From Eubacteriales bacterium (GTDB lineage: Bacteria > Bacillota > Clostridia > Oscillospirales > CAG-272), in contig JBJDZM010000023.1 of assembly GCA_051867975.1 (NCBI GenBank), forward strand, positions 1-59,141: DNA of 59,141 nucleotides. The letters are read 5' to 3'. Shown here one piece after another: positions 9,452 to 18,732 of the stretch. Positions within the stretch are counted from its first letter, which is position 1; each line of letters begins with the position of its first letter. The position numbers and the translations under genes are program-made. The notes under the pieces are model-generated. The model was not told the DNA's origin. It searched no databases and saw only the letters and a list, made by a program, of their open reading frames with translations.

Positions 9452-10210
9452 TTAAGAGTTTTTCTCGGTGCTCGGCGAATTGTGTCCCGAGGGGACAGAG
9501 GGTTTTATCTTAACATATCCGAAGATGAGCTTAAATCCGCTCTTGAGGGCTATTCCGAGTATTCCGCCGAGACTTGTCGAGAAACCTATTTTGACGTCCG
9601 CCTTAATCTCGTCGGAGAGAAAATCGGGGCGTATGTCTATCTCTGCTGTGCTTCTGCCGTGGAGATTTGAGTGTTTTTCGATGAAATTCAGCGTAGGCGA
9701 GATAGCGTTGGTTATTGCGTAATACATAAGAGCTGTCTGAGCCGCATCGGCTCCGCCTATGCTGAGCTTTATTCTCGCTATGTGGAAATGTACCTTTGTG
9801 AAGAGTCCGGGGAAGAAAAATCCAAGTGTCTTTAACAGAAGCGAGATGAGCGGCGGAAGCGGAGGTCGAGACGCTTTTTTGCGAGCCTTTATCGCCTTCT
9901 TTTCTTCTTTTGAATGGCTTGCCTGCTCCTCTTGACGGCGTTTTTTCTCATCAGCCTTCTTTTTCTTTTTGAGTGCCTGCGCCCGAGCCTTCTTTTCTGC
10001 CTTTCGAGCGTTTTTCTTGTCCCGTTTGGCGATTTTTTTGAGAGTGTAATTACTCAGCTTGTATTTTTTCTGCTTTTTGGGCAGAATTTTTATTTTGATG
10101 CCGCAGACCATCACGGTAAGATTAAGCTCGTCCGACATGTCGATGGTCACACGGACACGCACGGCGAACAAAAATACAAACAGTGCAATTATACCGAGAA
10201 GAATGTACAA
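9452..10210 (-). CDS. YtfI/DUF2953-like protein
   Basis: N-terminal TM, Lys-rich linker, G.DAAQTA motif, immediately upstream of ytfJ; start uncertain. Confidence 0.65.
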   Translation of the reverse strand: MYILLGIIALFVFLFAVRVRVTIDMSDELNLTVMVCGIKIKILPKKQKKYKLSNYTLKKIAKRDKKNARKAEKKARAQALKKKKKADEKKRRQEEQASHSKEEKKAIKARKKASRPPLPPLISLLLKTLGFFFPGLFTKVHFHIARIKLSIGGADAAQTALMYYAITNAISPTLNFIEKHSNLHGRSTAEIDIRPDFLSDEIKADVKIGFSTSLGGILGIALKSGFKLIFGYVKIKPSVPSGHNSPSTEKNS

Positions 10211-10268
10211 TGCAACTATAATTTACCACTCCTTTCAATCAAAATGTAAAAATCCTCACGCTTGACCG

Positions 10269-10922
10269 TTATTGCCCGTCCGAGTCTTCGCCCACGGTCT
10301 GTGGCTCTGCCGAAGAAACAGAGGTCAGAGCCGAGGAAAATCCGACTTCTTCAACCGCCAAGGCTTCCTCGGCAGGAGCGGGAGTCAGCTCGGTCTCGGG
10401 GAGGTCGTCAAGCGACGAGAGTCCGAAGACACGCAAGAATTTCTCGGTCGTCGTGTAGAGCATAGGTCTGCCGGGGGCATCGAGACGGGAAAGCGACTCG
10501 ATAAGTCCCTTGTCGATAAGCGAAGTCATAGCATATGAGGAATCAACTCCGCGCACGGCATCGACGAATGAACGGGTGACGGGTTGATTGTATGCCACGA
10601 CTGCCAAAGCCTCAAGCGTTGACGCGGAGAGATTTCCGCCGCGCTTTATGCCGAGTGCCTCGCGTATGTAGGGGAGAAATTTCTCCTTCGTCGCAAGCTG
10701 GCAGGAGTCGGGGTAGGTGAGTAAGAGCAGTCCGCGCTTTGATTTTTCGGAATTGTATTCCTCGCACATTGCTTCAACCATGCTCTTGATATCGTTTTTT
10801 GATAGTCCCAGCACCTCGGAGAGCTTTTCGTATTCTACGGGGTGTCCCGCGGCGAAAAGAATCGCCTCGATCGCGGCAGTGACCGACTCAAGCTTTATTT
10901 CAATTTTTTCTTCACGGTTCAT
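10269..10922 (-). CDS. scpB: Segregation and condensation protein B
   Basis: IEAILFAAG, LEALAVVAYNQPVTR, PGRPMLY, FGLSSLDDLP. Confidence 0.95.
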   Translation of the reverse strand: MNREEKIEIKLESVTAAIEAILFAAGHPVEYEKLSEVLGLSKNDIKSMVEAMCEEYNSEKSKRGLLLLTYPDSCQLATKEKFLPYIREALGIKRGGNLSASTLEALAVVAYNQPVTRSFVDAVRGVDSSYAMTSLIDKGLIESLSRLDAPGRPMLYTTTEKFLRVFGLSSLDDLPETELTPAPAEEALAVEEVGFSSALTSVSSAEPQTVGEDSDGQ

Positions 10923-11734
10923 ATGCCGTCGCCCCCCTCGTTTTCATTTTCGCCCGATTCGCTCTGCGTTATCACGTCGTCGGGATCTTCATTTATTATA
11001 AACTGCGCTCCGTCGTCAAGGAGCGTGCCTTCAAAATCGTGGATTAAAATTTTCCTTATTTTAATAAGCTCCAAGACTCCGAGGAATATCGCTATCATGT
11101 CGGGCAGAGAAACCGAATCCGAAAGGAGCTCGCGCAGAGTAGTGACCTTCTTTTTCTGCATCCTGCGAATAATACCGGTTATCTTGACCTCGACCGGAAC
11201 GATTGGCGAGCTTATCATGGGTGTAAAGACCTCGCGCTCAAGCTTCGGTCGGTTTTCGTTATAGGTTATTATTCTGCGAACCGCAAGACACAGGCTGTCA
11301 ATCTCTTGGTCGAGTACAAAGGTTTTGTCAACCGAAATCTCGTCGGTGTCCTTCTCAAGTCTGCCCGAAAAACGAGGGTAGAGAAGCGCCATTTTTTTCG
11401 CCGCCTCTTTTGCCTGCTGATATTTTAGGAGTGCATCGGTAAGAGCGGCGCGTGGGTCTTCCTCTTCTTGTTCCGTCTTGGGAAGCAGTAGCTTGCTTTT
11501 TATCAGCATAAGCTCGCTTGCCATGACGAGAAATTCGCCGGCAAGCTCCATGTCAAGGCGCTTAGCTTCTTCGATATATTCGATGTATTGCTCACAGATG
11601 ATATTTATTTTGATGTCGTCGATCGCCATTTTGTTTTTGTGGATCAGCGACAGGAGAAGGTCGAGAGGTCCTTCAAAACTTTCAAGTCGGTAGCTTATTG
11701 CGTCCAAATTCCGGGACCTCCTTTCCAAAGTCAT
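10919..11734 (-). CDS. scpA: Segregation and condensation protein A
   Basis: FEGPLDLLL, EFLVMASEL..IKSK.LLP, FLGVLEL. Confidence 0.95.
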   Translation of the reverse strand: MTLERRSRNLDAISYRLESFEGPLDLLLSLIHKNKMAIDDIKINIICEQYIEYIEEAKRLDMELAGEFLVMASELMLIKSKLLLPKTEQEEEDPRAALTDALLKYQQAKEAAKKMALLYPRFSGRLEKDTDEISVDKTFVLDQEIDSLCLAVRRIITYNENRPKLEREVFTPMISSPIVPVEVKITGIIRRMQKKKVTTLRELLSDSVSLPDMIAIFLGVLELIKIRKILIHDFEGTLLDDGAQFIINEDPDDVITQSESGENENEGGDGI

Positions 11735-11736
11735 AG

Positions 11737-12450
11737 TTAAAAGAGAAGAGAGAGCAGTTTAAACGTCGAATTTGCGATAAGATTGAACAATTTGTCTGCA
11801 ACCCAGCCGAAGGGGGAGAAGTTGAAAAGTCTTGAGCATACTATCATCAATACAAGAATACCTATCATGATGTATTTTTCGTATCTCATCATGGAAAAAT
11901 AGATTTTCTCGGGGAGAAAGAGCGAAAAAAACCGCGAGCCGTCAAAGGGCGGAATCGGTATCAGATTAAATACCGCAAGCACGAAATTCATAAAGCCGAG
12001 GTAGTAAAAGAAGTTTAAAAGAACTGTCAGGACGTTGGTCAGCAGCTCATTCGTGAGAATATCGGCTGCAAAGAAGGAAAAAAGAAATAGTGTCACGGAG
12101 TACAAAAATGCGCCGATAATGCCTATCAGGATGTTCGATACAGGTCCCGCGATTGCGGTAAATGCCATACCGTACTTTGGTTTTCTGAAATATCTTGCAT
12201 TTATCGGCACGGGCTTTGCCCATCCGTAGCCGAATATTAACATGCAAAGTGAACCCATAGGGTCGATATGCTTGAGTGGGTTCAGAGTGACGCGTCCTAA
12301 ATTGTAAGCGGTCGGGTCTCCCATTTTGTAAGCGATATATCCGTGAGCCGCCTCGTGAGTCGAGAGCGAGATTAGTATTACGGGAATCATTAGCAGAAGG
12401 CTTATGATTGCCTCACGGATATTTCCGCTTGAAAGAATTGAAAATAACAT
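11737..12450 (-). CDS. Site-2 protease family (M50)
   Basis: HEAAH, GWAKPVP, AGPVSN, FNLIPIPPFDG. Confidence 0.9.
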   Translation of the reverse strand: MLFSILSSGNIREAIISLLLMIPVILISLSTHEAAHGYIAYKMGDPTAYNLGRVTLNPLKHIDPMGSLCMLIFGYGWAKPVPINARYFRKPKYGMAFTAIAGPVSNILIGIIGAFLYSVTLFLFSFFAADILTNELLTNVLTVLLNFFYYLGFMNFVLAVFNLIPIPPFDGSRFFSLFLPEKIYFSMMRYEKYIMIGILVLMIVCSRLFNFSPFGWVADKLFNLIANSTFKLLSLLF

Positions 12451-12469
12451 TTTTTATTTCTCCGAAAAA

Positions 12470-13078
12470 TTACAAAACTATATCGGCGAGGTCTGCGATG
12501 GCATGCCAAAGCTCCTGCTTTCCTTCCCCCTTGAGCGAGGAAAAGGGAATAATGGGCGTACCCTCCGCTATCATTGGGTCTGTGCTGATTTTTTCAATTA
12601 TCGCCGCGCGGTCTGTCTTGTTGAGCTTGTCGATCTTCGTGATGACAATGATATAGGGCATATTTGCGCTGTTCATCCAATTTATCATCATGGCATCGTC
12701 ATTTGTGATGCCCGCACGGCTGTCCACGAGCTGAACGACTCCGCGGACAAGGTCAATGTTCTTGTTTTTGGTAAAATATCCGTCGGTGAGGCTCTGCCAG
12801 ACACCCTGAGAGTCCTTGCTCCTTGCGGCAAAGCCGTAGCCCGGCAGGTCGACGAGAAATAGCTTTTTGTCAACCTCGTAGAAGTTGACGGTTACCGTCT
12901 TTCCGGGGGTCGCCGAGACACGCGCAAGGCTCTTGCGCCCGAGCAGCGTGTTTATAAGCGAGCTTTTTCCGACGTTTGAACGCCCCGAAAGGGCGACCTG
13001 AACTATGGGGTCTGTCGGGAATTGGCTTGCAAATCCGGCGGTCATTTTAAGGTTAACATTTTGAGTATTGAGTCCCAT
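12470..13078 (-). CDS. engB: Ribosome biogenesis GTPase YsxC/EngB
   Basis: GRSNVGKSS, PGKT, DLPGYGFA, TKID; follows lon. Confidence 0.95.
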   Translation of the reverse strand: MGLNTQNVNLKMTAGFASQFPTDPIVQVALSGRSNVGKSSLINTLLGRKSLARVSATPGKTVTVNFYEVDKKLFLVDLPGYGFAARSKDSQGVWQSLTDGYFTKNKNIDLVRGVVQLVDSRAGITNDDAMMINWMNSANMPYIIVITKIDKLNKTDRAAIIEKISTDPMIAEGTPIIPFSSLKGEGKQELWHAIADLADIVL

Positions 13079-13145
13079 TTTGAAGCCCCGGCGACATGCG
13101 CCTGCCTTTCATTTGATTATAAGGTTATGCCGACAGACTGAAATT

Positions 13146-15581
13146 CTATTTATCATTTTTGCCCTTGGCATCGGCACGGTTTCGGTTACTGCTGACGGTA
13201 TGAAGATTTATTGAAGCATCGGTCTCGGCTTTTACGACGTTCTTTACTTCAACGGAAGTATTTACGAGCGCGTTTGCAAGCACCTCACTTGCGCGGCGGC
13301 AGGGAATAAAGGTCACGTTCTCACGGACAACGGGGTCGATTTTATCAAGATCCTTCAAATTGTCCGCGGGAATGAGTATCGTCCTGACACCTGCCGAATA
13401 TGCAGCCATGGTCTTCTCGCGAAGACCGCCGATGGCGAGTACGTTTCCGCGAATCGTTATCTCACCCGTCATGGCAATGTCACGGCGGACGGGAATGTTC
13501 GCAAGAGCGCTTACAAGTGCCGTCAAAGTCGTTACACCTGCGCTCGGACCGTCCTTCGGGACCGCACCCTCGGGAAAGTGGATATGTATGTCCTTCTTTG
13601 CGTAGAAATCGGTGGGAATATTGTATTTATCGGCAATCTGGCGCGCGTATGTCACCGCCGCATGAGCGGATTCCTTCATCACGTCGCCGAGCGAGCCTGT
13701 AAGCTCTAACTTGCCGCTGCCGTCCATTATCGCACATTCGACCTTCAGCAGGTCACCGCCCGACTGAGTGTACGCCATGCCGTTGACGACTCCGACCTCG
13801 TCGTATTCGCCGATAAGCTCGGGAATGATCTTGCGAGGACCTAAGAGCGACTCAACGCTCTTTGCGTTTACGGTCATGCTCTTGATGCCGTCCTCAAGCA
13901 TTTTCTTGGCGGCCTTTCTGCACACCGCGGCTATCTCACGTTCAAGATTGCGGACGCCCGACTCGCGTGTGTAGCCGTCGATTATCTCCGAGAGTCCGTC
14001 GTCGGTGAATTTCAGCATGCGCTTGCTGAGTCCGTGGCGTTTTAACTGCTTTCCGATGAGGTGATTTTTGGCAATTGCGAGTTTTTCACTCTTTGTATAT
14101 GTCTGAAGCTCGATTATCTCCATTCTGTCAAGCAGTGGGCGGGGAATACGGTCAAGCGTGTTTGCCGTCGCTATGAATATGCAGTCGGAGAGGTCGAAGG
14201 GAAGCTCCACGAAGTGGTCGCGGAAATATTTATTCTGCTCGGGGTCGAGTACTTCAAGCATGGCGGAGGCAGGATCGCCGCGTCCGTCGCTTGCCATCTT
14301 GTCTATCTCGTCAAGCAAAATGAGCGGATTTCTCACCTTTGCCTGCGACAATGCGTTAATGATTCGTCCGGGCATAGCTCCTACGTAGGTTTTTCTGTGT
14401 CCGCGGATGTCCGCCTCATCACGCACGCCGCCTAAAGAGACGCGAACGTACTTTCTCTTCATCGCCTTGGCAAGAGACGCGGCAATAGAGGTCTTTCCGA
14501 CACCGGGAGGGCCGTAAAGACAGATTATCTGACCTTTAAGCTCGGGATTTAACTGCTTGACCGCAAGATATTCAAGTAAGCGGTCTTTGACATCGTCAAG
14601 CCCTTCGTGGTCGGCATCAAGTATCTTTTTTGCCGCCGCGATGTCGGCTCTGTCCTTCGTCGTCTCGGTCCACGGGATTTCAAGACATACGTCGAGGTAG
14701 TTTGCGATGACCGTCGCCTCGGCTGAACCGAAAGGCGACTTTGCGAGTCGGTCGGTCTCCTTGAGTAGCTTTTTGCTGACCTCGTCGGGAAGTTTAAGCG
14801 CCTCGATCTTCTGTCTGTATTCATCGACCTCGCTCTCGCCGCCTCCGCCGAGCTCGTCCTGAATTGCGCGCATTTCCTCGCGCAGATAGTATTCACGCTG
14901 AGAGCGGTTTATCCTCTCGCGAGTCTTTCTGTGTATGTCGTTTTCAAGTCTTAAGACGTCTATCTCATCCTCGGCAATTTCAAGCACCGCCTCAATTCTT
15001 CTGTAAGGCTCATAGAGCGAAAGGATCTCAAGCTTGTCCTCGTGCTTTATAAAGAGTCCCGAGGCGATAACGTCCGCAAGCAGTGCGGGATTTTTGATGC
15101 TTTTGAAATTCGGCAGGATGCTCTCTGCAGGGGGAGGGAGCAGCTTTGCCATCGCCTGTGCCGATTCGTTAAGACGGCGCAGATATGCCTGATTTTTAAC
15201 GCTCGGACCGTCGGGGAGCGTTACCGTCTTGCAGATAACATTGGCGGTAAAATACCTGCCTGTTCTTCTGTAATCGGCAACGGTGGCGCGTGAGACACCC
15301 TCGGCGATGCAACGAACGCTGTTCTCGCCTGCGCCTATAAGCTGCTTGACTTTTATGACCGTGCCTATCTCAAAAAGCTCGGAATTTTCATCGTCCTCGT
15401 ATTTGTACGGGACGGCAATTGCGTATTTTGAACCCTCAAACGCCTCTCTTGCCGCCTCGCTTGAACCAAAGCGCTTTTCTTTTATTTCAAGATTGACTAT
15501 CTCGCCGGGAAAGGCGACAGTCGACTCAAGTGCGATAAGGGGTAAGGACAGCTTTTCTGCCCGCGTGGTATATTCTGACAT
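13146..15581 (-). CDS. lon: ATP-dependent protease La
   Basis: GPPGVGKT, LLDEIDK, PKDGPSAG. Confidence 0.97.
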   Translation of the reverse strand: MSEYTTRAEKLSLPLIALESTVAFPGEIVNLEIKEKRFGSSEAAREAFEGSKYAIAVPYKYEDDENSELFEIGTVIKVKQLIGAGENSVRCIAEGVSRATVADYRRTGRYFTANVICKTVTLPDGPSVKNQAYLRRLNESAQAMAKLLPPPAESILPNFKSIKNPALLADVIASGLFIKHEDKLEILSLYEPYRRIEAVLEIAEDEIDVLRLENDIHRKTRERINRSQREYYLREEMRAIQDELGGGGESEVDEYRQKIEALKLPDEVSKKLLKETDRLAKSPFGSAEATVIANYLDVCLEIPWTETTKDRADIAAAKKILDADHEGLDDVKDRLLEYLAVKQLNPELKGQIICLYGPPGVGKTSIAASLAKAMKRKYVRVSLGGVRDEADIRGHRKTYVGAMPGRIINALSQAKVRNPLILLDEIDKMASDGRGDPASAMLEVLDPEQNKYFRDHFVELPFDLSDCIFIATANTLDRIPRPLLDRMEIIELQTYTKSEKLAIAKNHLIGKQLKRHGLSKRMLKFTDDGLSEIIDGYTRESGVRNLEREIAAVCRKAAKKMLEDGIKSMTVNAKSVESLLGPRKIIPELIGEYDEVGVVNGMAYTQSGGDLLKVECAIMDGSGKLELTGSLGDVMKESAHAAVTYARQIADKYNIPTDFYAKKDIHIHFPEGAVPKDGPSAGVTTLTALVSALANIPVRRDIAMTGEITIRGNVLAIGGLREKTMAAYSAGVRTILIPADNLKDLDKIDPVVRENVTFIPCRRASEVLANALVNTSVEVKNVVKAETDASINLHTVSSNRNRADAKGKNDK

Positions 15582-15896
15582 TTGTAATCTTCTCCAATTT
15601 TGCGTGTATCTTCAACGATACTGATAATCCAATACATTATATCATACTTCCGCGCACTTTTCCATAGTTTTAAAAGAATATTTACATTTATATATGCCAT
15701 ATTCATTTTTTCTGTTTTTTCCAATATGTTCCCCCGACGCATCCCTGCATCCTCGCCTCGTCAAAAAAGAAAGCACAACCTGCGTTTTTCATAGCGATCC
15801 GATATCATTAGGTTGATATTTCGCCGAAAAAAGAGCAGATTGTGCAGGAAATTAATAAAGCGGAGGCGCGGACCTCGCGCTTTACTCGGGGCTATC

Positions 15897-15925
15897 ATTA
15901 TACACTATCCGCGGTGTTTTGTAAA
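15897..15925 (-). promoter_or_regulatory. sigma-A-like promoter ~310 bp upstream of lon
   Basis: TTTACA-17 bp-TATAAT. Confidence 0.55.
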
Positions 15926-16162
15926 TATCCATTTTGTACGATTTTTTGTCGCAAATTTTGGCGAAAAGTATAGTATGAAAAAATTTATGGTTTTTGTCGC
16001 AGTACTTTTTGTGCATTTTAACAATCGAGGATGTCGTAGTGGGAGCGGTGTCCTGGGCGGCACCGGTCGGGCGGATAGACTTGCGACATGAATTTGGGCT
16101 ACGATGCTGCCGGCTTAGGACAGAATAATTGAAGGAAAAATCCGAAAAATTCAAAAAAACTA

Positions 16163-16191
16163 TTGACAAAGACTTTTTTGCGTGGTATAAT
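16163..16191 (+). promoter_or_regulatory. sigma-A promoter of infC operon
   Basis: Perfect TTGACA-17 bp-TATAAT with TG. Confidence 0.9.
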
Positions 16192-16199
16192 ATGTGCCG

Positions 16200-16320
16200 T
16201 AATAAAGAGAAGTTCCGCTTCCACCCTGCCGCAAAGCGCGCTCGGTTAATATTCAAAAGCCTTACACGGTAAAGAAAAAGGCTTGGATTGTGCGCGGAGT
16301 TTGTCGTCCGCGTTTTTCTT
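16200..16320 (+). ncRNA. L20 leader (ribosomal protein L20 autoregulatory RNA)
   Basis: AGAAGTTCCGCTTCCACCC 5' motif and GCGCGGA...TCCGCGT+T-run terminator upstream of infC-rpmI-rplT. Confidence 0.8.
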
Positions 16321-16412
16321 TTCTTTATCTATCGGTGCGAAAAGAGACTCGCACCCAAAACCATGACAAATATTAAAAACATACATATTTTTTACAACGG
16401 AGGTGTGTACCC

Positions 16413-16946
16413 ATAGCAGCAAACAACACTAAAGATACTCTCATAAACGAGGCGATCGATTTCCCCGAGATAAGAGTAATCGGCGCTGACGGAGAGCAGC
16501 TTGGACTCATGAGTTCAGACAAAGCACTTAAGATGGCATATGACAAAGGTCTTGACCTCTGCCTTATGTCGGCACAGGCAAATCCGCCCGTATGCAAGAT
16601 CATGGACTACGGCAAGTACCGTTTCGACCGTGAAAAGCGCGAAAAGGAAGCCAAGAAGAAACAGCAGACCGTAGAGCTTAAGGAAATTCAGCTTTCCCCC
16701 AGAATCGACACCCACGACTTTGAAACGAAGGCAAAGCAGGCTAAAAAGTTCCTTGAAGCCGGAAACAAGGTAAGAGTAGTCATGAGATTCCGCGGAAGAG
16801 AGATGAGTCATATGGCGATAGGCCGCGAGATCATCGACAAGTTTGCAGAATTTTGCAGCGATGTCGGAACGGTGGACAAAAAGCCCGCCGTTGACGGACG
16901 AATCATGAGTATGGTGGTATCACCCATAACGCAAAAGAAAAACTGA
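16413..16946 (+). CDS. infC: Translation initiation factor IF-3 (non-AUG start)
   Basis: In-frame extension INEAI..PEIRVIGADGEQLG upstream of track ATG; ATA 7 nt after GGAGGTG; PPVCKIMDYGK, MRFRGRE. Confidence 0.93.
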   Translation: MAANNTKDTLINEAIDFPEIRVIGADGEQLGLMSSDKALKMAYDKGLDLCLMSAQANPPVCKIMDYGKYRFDREKREKEAKKKQQTVELKEIQLSPRIDTHDFETKAKQAKKFLEAGNKVRVVMRFRGREMSHMAIGREIIDKFAEFCSDVGTVDKKPAVDGRIMSMVVSPITQKKN

Positions 16947-16986
16947 ATAATATTTGTAAATTTTAATTTTTAAGGAGTATACAAAA

Positions 16987-17181
16987 ATGGGAAAAGTCAA
17001 GACACATAAGGCTTCTGCCAAGAGATTTTCGGTTACCGGCACAGGTAAGGTAAAGATGAATCACTGTCATCACCGCCACAACCTCGGTCTTAAGACACAG
17101 AAGAGAAAGAGACATCTTCGCACGGGCGCTATCATGAGCGAATCCATGGCAGGCAACATCCGCACACTCATTCAGAAGTAA
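16987..17181 (+). CDS. rpmI: 50S ribosomal protein L35
   Basis: KTHKASAKRF..TGTGK; operon position. Confidence 0.97.
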   Translation: MGKVKTHKASAKRFSVTGTGKVKMNHCHHRHNLGLKTQKRKRHLRTGAIMSESMAGNIRTLIQK

Positions 17182-17213
17182 TTTAGTCGTAATCGAGAAA
17201 GGAATATTGAAAA

Positions 17214-17567
17214 ATGGCAAGAGTTAAAGGCGCTATGATGACGCGCAAGAGAAGAAATAAGATGCTGAAGGCTGCGAAGGGCTATTGGGGAGCAAAATCC
17301 AAGCACTTCAAGATGGCTAAGCAACAGGTAATGAAGAGCGGCAACTATGCATTTGCAGGCCGCAAGATGAAGAAGAGAGACATGAGAAGACTCTGGATAA
17401 CCAGAATCTCCGCTCAGGCTAAGGTTTGCGGAATGAACTATTCCACATTCATGAACGGTCTCAAGAAGGCAGGCATTACACTCAACAGAAAGATGCTCGC
17501 AGAGCTTGCAGTCTCCGACAAGGCGGCATTCGCAACACTCGCAGAGCAGGCAAAGGCAGCCCTCTGA
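17214..17567 (+). CDS. rplT: 50S ribosomal protein L20
   Basis: [28 protein letters not shown]. Confidence 0.98.
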   Translation: MARVKGAMMTRKRRNKMLKAAKGYWGAKSKHFKMAKQQVMKSGNYAFAGRKMKKRDMRRLWITRISAQAKVCGMNYSTFMNGLKKAGITLNRKMLAELAVSDKAAFATLAEQAKAAL

Positions 17568-17578
17568 TCTACTTCAAT

Positions 17579-17606
17579 AAAAACCCGGTAAGATGACCGG
17601 GTTTTT
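17579..17606 (+). terminator. Terminator after rplT
   Basis: AAAAACCCGGT/ACCGGGTTTTT. Confidence 0.8.
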
Positions 17607-17847
17607 GTCATAGATAGGGGTAGGGAGATTTTTGCATTTTGCGGCTCCCACGGTCGATTTTAACGCAAAAAATCGGCTTTTATCTAATATTTTTTGACAA
17701 AAAAGTAATTTATTTACATATAATTATATGTCAAGTTTGGGATGATGACGGTCATTTGAAGATTGATGATGCCTGTTGTCATAAATTTTCAGCGCAAACT
17801 CTTTTTGCATTTTTATGCAAAAAATGTATAAAATAAGGGGGATAAAA

Positions 17848-18732
17848 ATGCCTTACATCGGCGAGATAGTGACCTCATCTCAAAATAAATACGTCGCTCT
17901 CGCGCGCTTGCTCGGCGAGAGAAAACAGAGACAGAAAAACGCTCTTTTTCGGTTTGACGGAGTAAAATTGCTCTGCGAAGCGGCAACGAAAGGCACCAAG
18001 ATCGAGTTTTTGCTTGTCAGTGAGAGCGCGTACGACGCTGTTTTTGACAAGGCGGAAAAGCTGTATTCGATAACCCCTAAGACGCCTGACTGCAAGATTA
18101 TTGTCGTCTCGGACTCGGTTTTTGAAAAGATTTCCGAGGAAAATGCGCCCGAGGGCGTGATAACGGTCGCAAAATACGATACGCAAAGGCACCGTGCCGT
18201 CTCTGCTGACGAGATAAGTGTCGGCGAGGGCGAGAACGTATTGCTGCTTGAGTCGGTGAGAGATCCGCAAAACGTCGGCGCGATAATGCGCACGGCGGCG
18301 GCATTTTCGGTCGACCGAGTGATAATGAGCGCCGATTGCGCCGATATTTACAATTCAAAAACGCTCCGCGCGTCGATGGGAGCGGTATTTTCTCTGAAAA
18401 TCGACCGCGTTGACTCGATCTGCGCGGCGATAGGTGCCGTGAGACGGTCGGGTAGGCGTGTGTTTGCCGCGGCACTCGACGGCAGTGCGGTAAGGCTCGG
18501 TGAGTCATGTTTCCGCGCAGGGGACTGTGTCGTCATCGGCAACGAGGGGCATGGACTCTCGGAAAAGACGATATCGGCGTGTGATGCGTCGGTGTATATC
18601 CCGATGGCACCGGGTGTCGAATCGCTTAACGCGGCGGTCGCGGCGTCGGTTCTTATGTGGGAATTCTTCGGCTCAAAGACGGGCTTTTGCGAGAGCGGAA
18701 AACGAGAAGGAATGGGAGGACGAATGCCATGA
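17848..18732 (+). CDS. TrmH/SpoU family RNA methyltransferase
   Basis: DPQNVGAIMRTA, RASMGA, IGNEGHG, ESLNAAVA. Confidence 0.9.
   Translation: MPYIGEIVTSSQNKYVALARLLGERKQRQKNALFRFDGVKLLCEAATKGTKIEFLLVSESAYDAVFDKAEKLYSITPKTPDCKIIVVSDSVFEKISEENAPEGVITVAKYDTQRHRAVSADEISVGEGENVLLLESVRDPQNVGAIMRTAAAFSVDRVIMSADCADIYNSKTLRASMGAVFSLKIDRVDSICAAIGAVRRSGRRVFAAALDGSAVRLGESCFRAGDCVVIGNEGHGLSEKTISACDASVYIPMAPGVESLNAAVAASVLMWEFFGSKTGFCESGKREGMGGRMP

Noticed and set aside
15730-16050. Possible terminal inverted repeats (CGAGGATG.. near 15750 and 16026) suggesting a MITE
   Set aside because: Match is short and gapped; no target-site duplication seen.
15813-16256. Overlapping 92-aa and 124-aa ORFs in the lon-infC gap
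   Set aside because: No RBS, they run across promoters, and composition is non-coding-like.
17738-17785. Fluoride-riboswitch-like words (GGGATGATG...TGATGATGCCT) upstream of the TrmH gene
   Set aside because: P1 pairing is missing and the downstream gene is unrelated.
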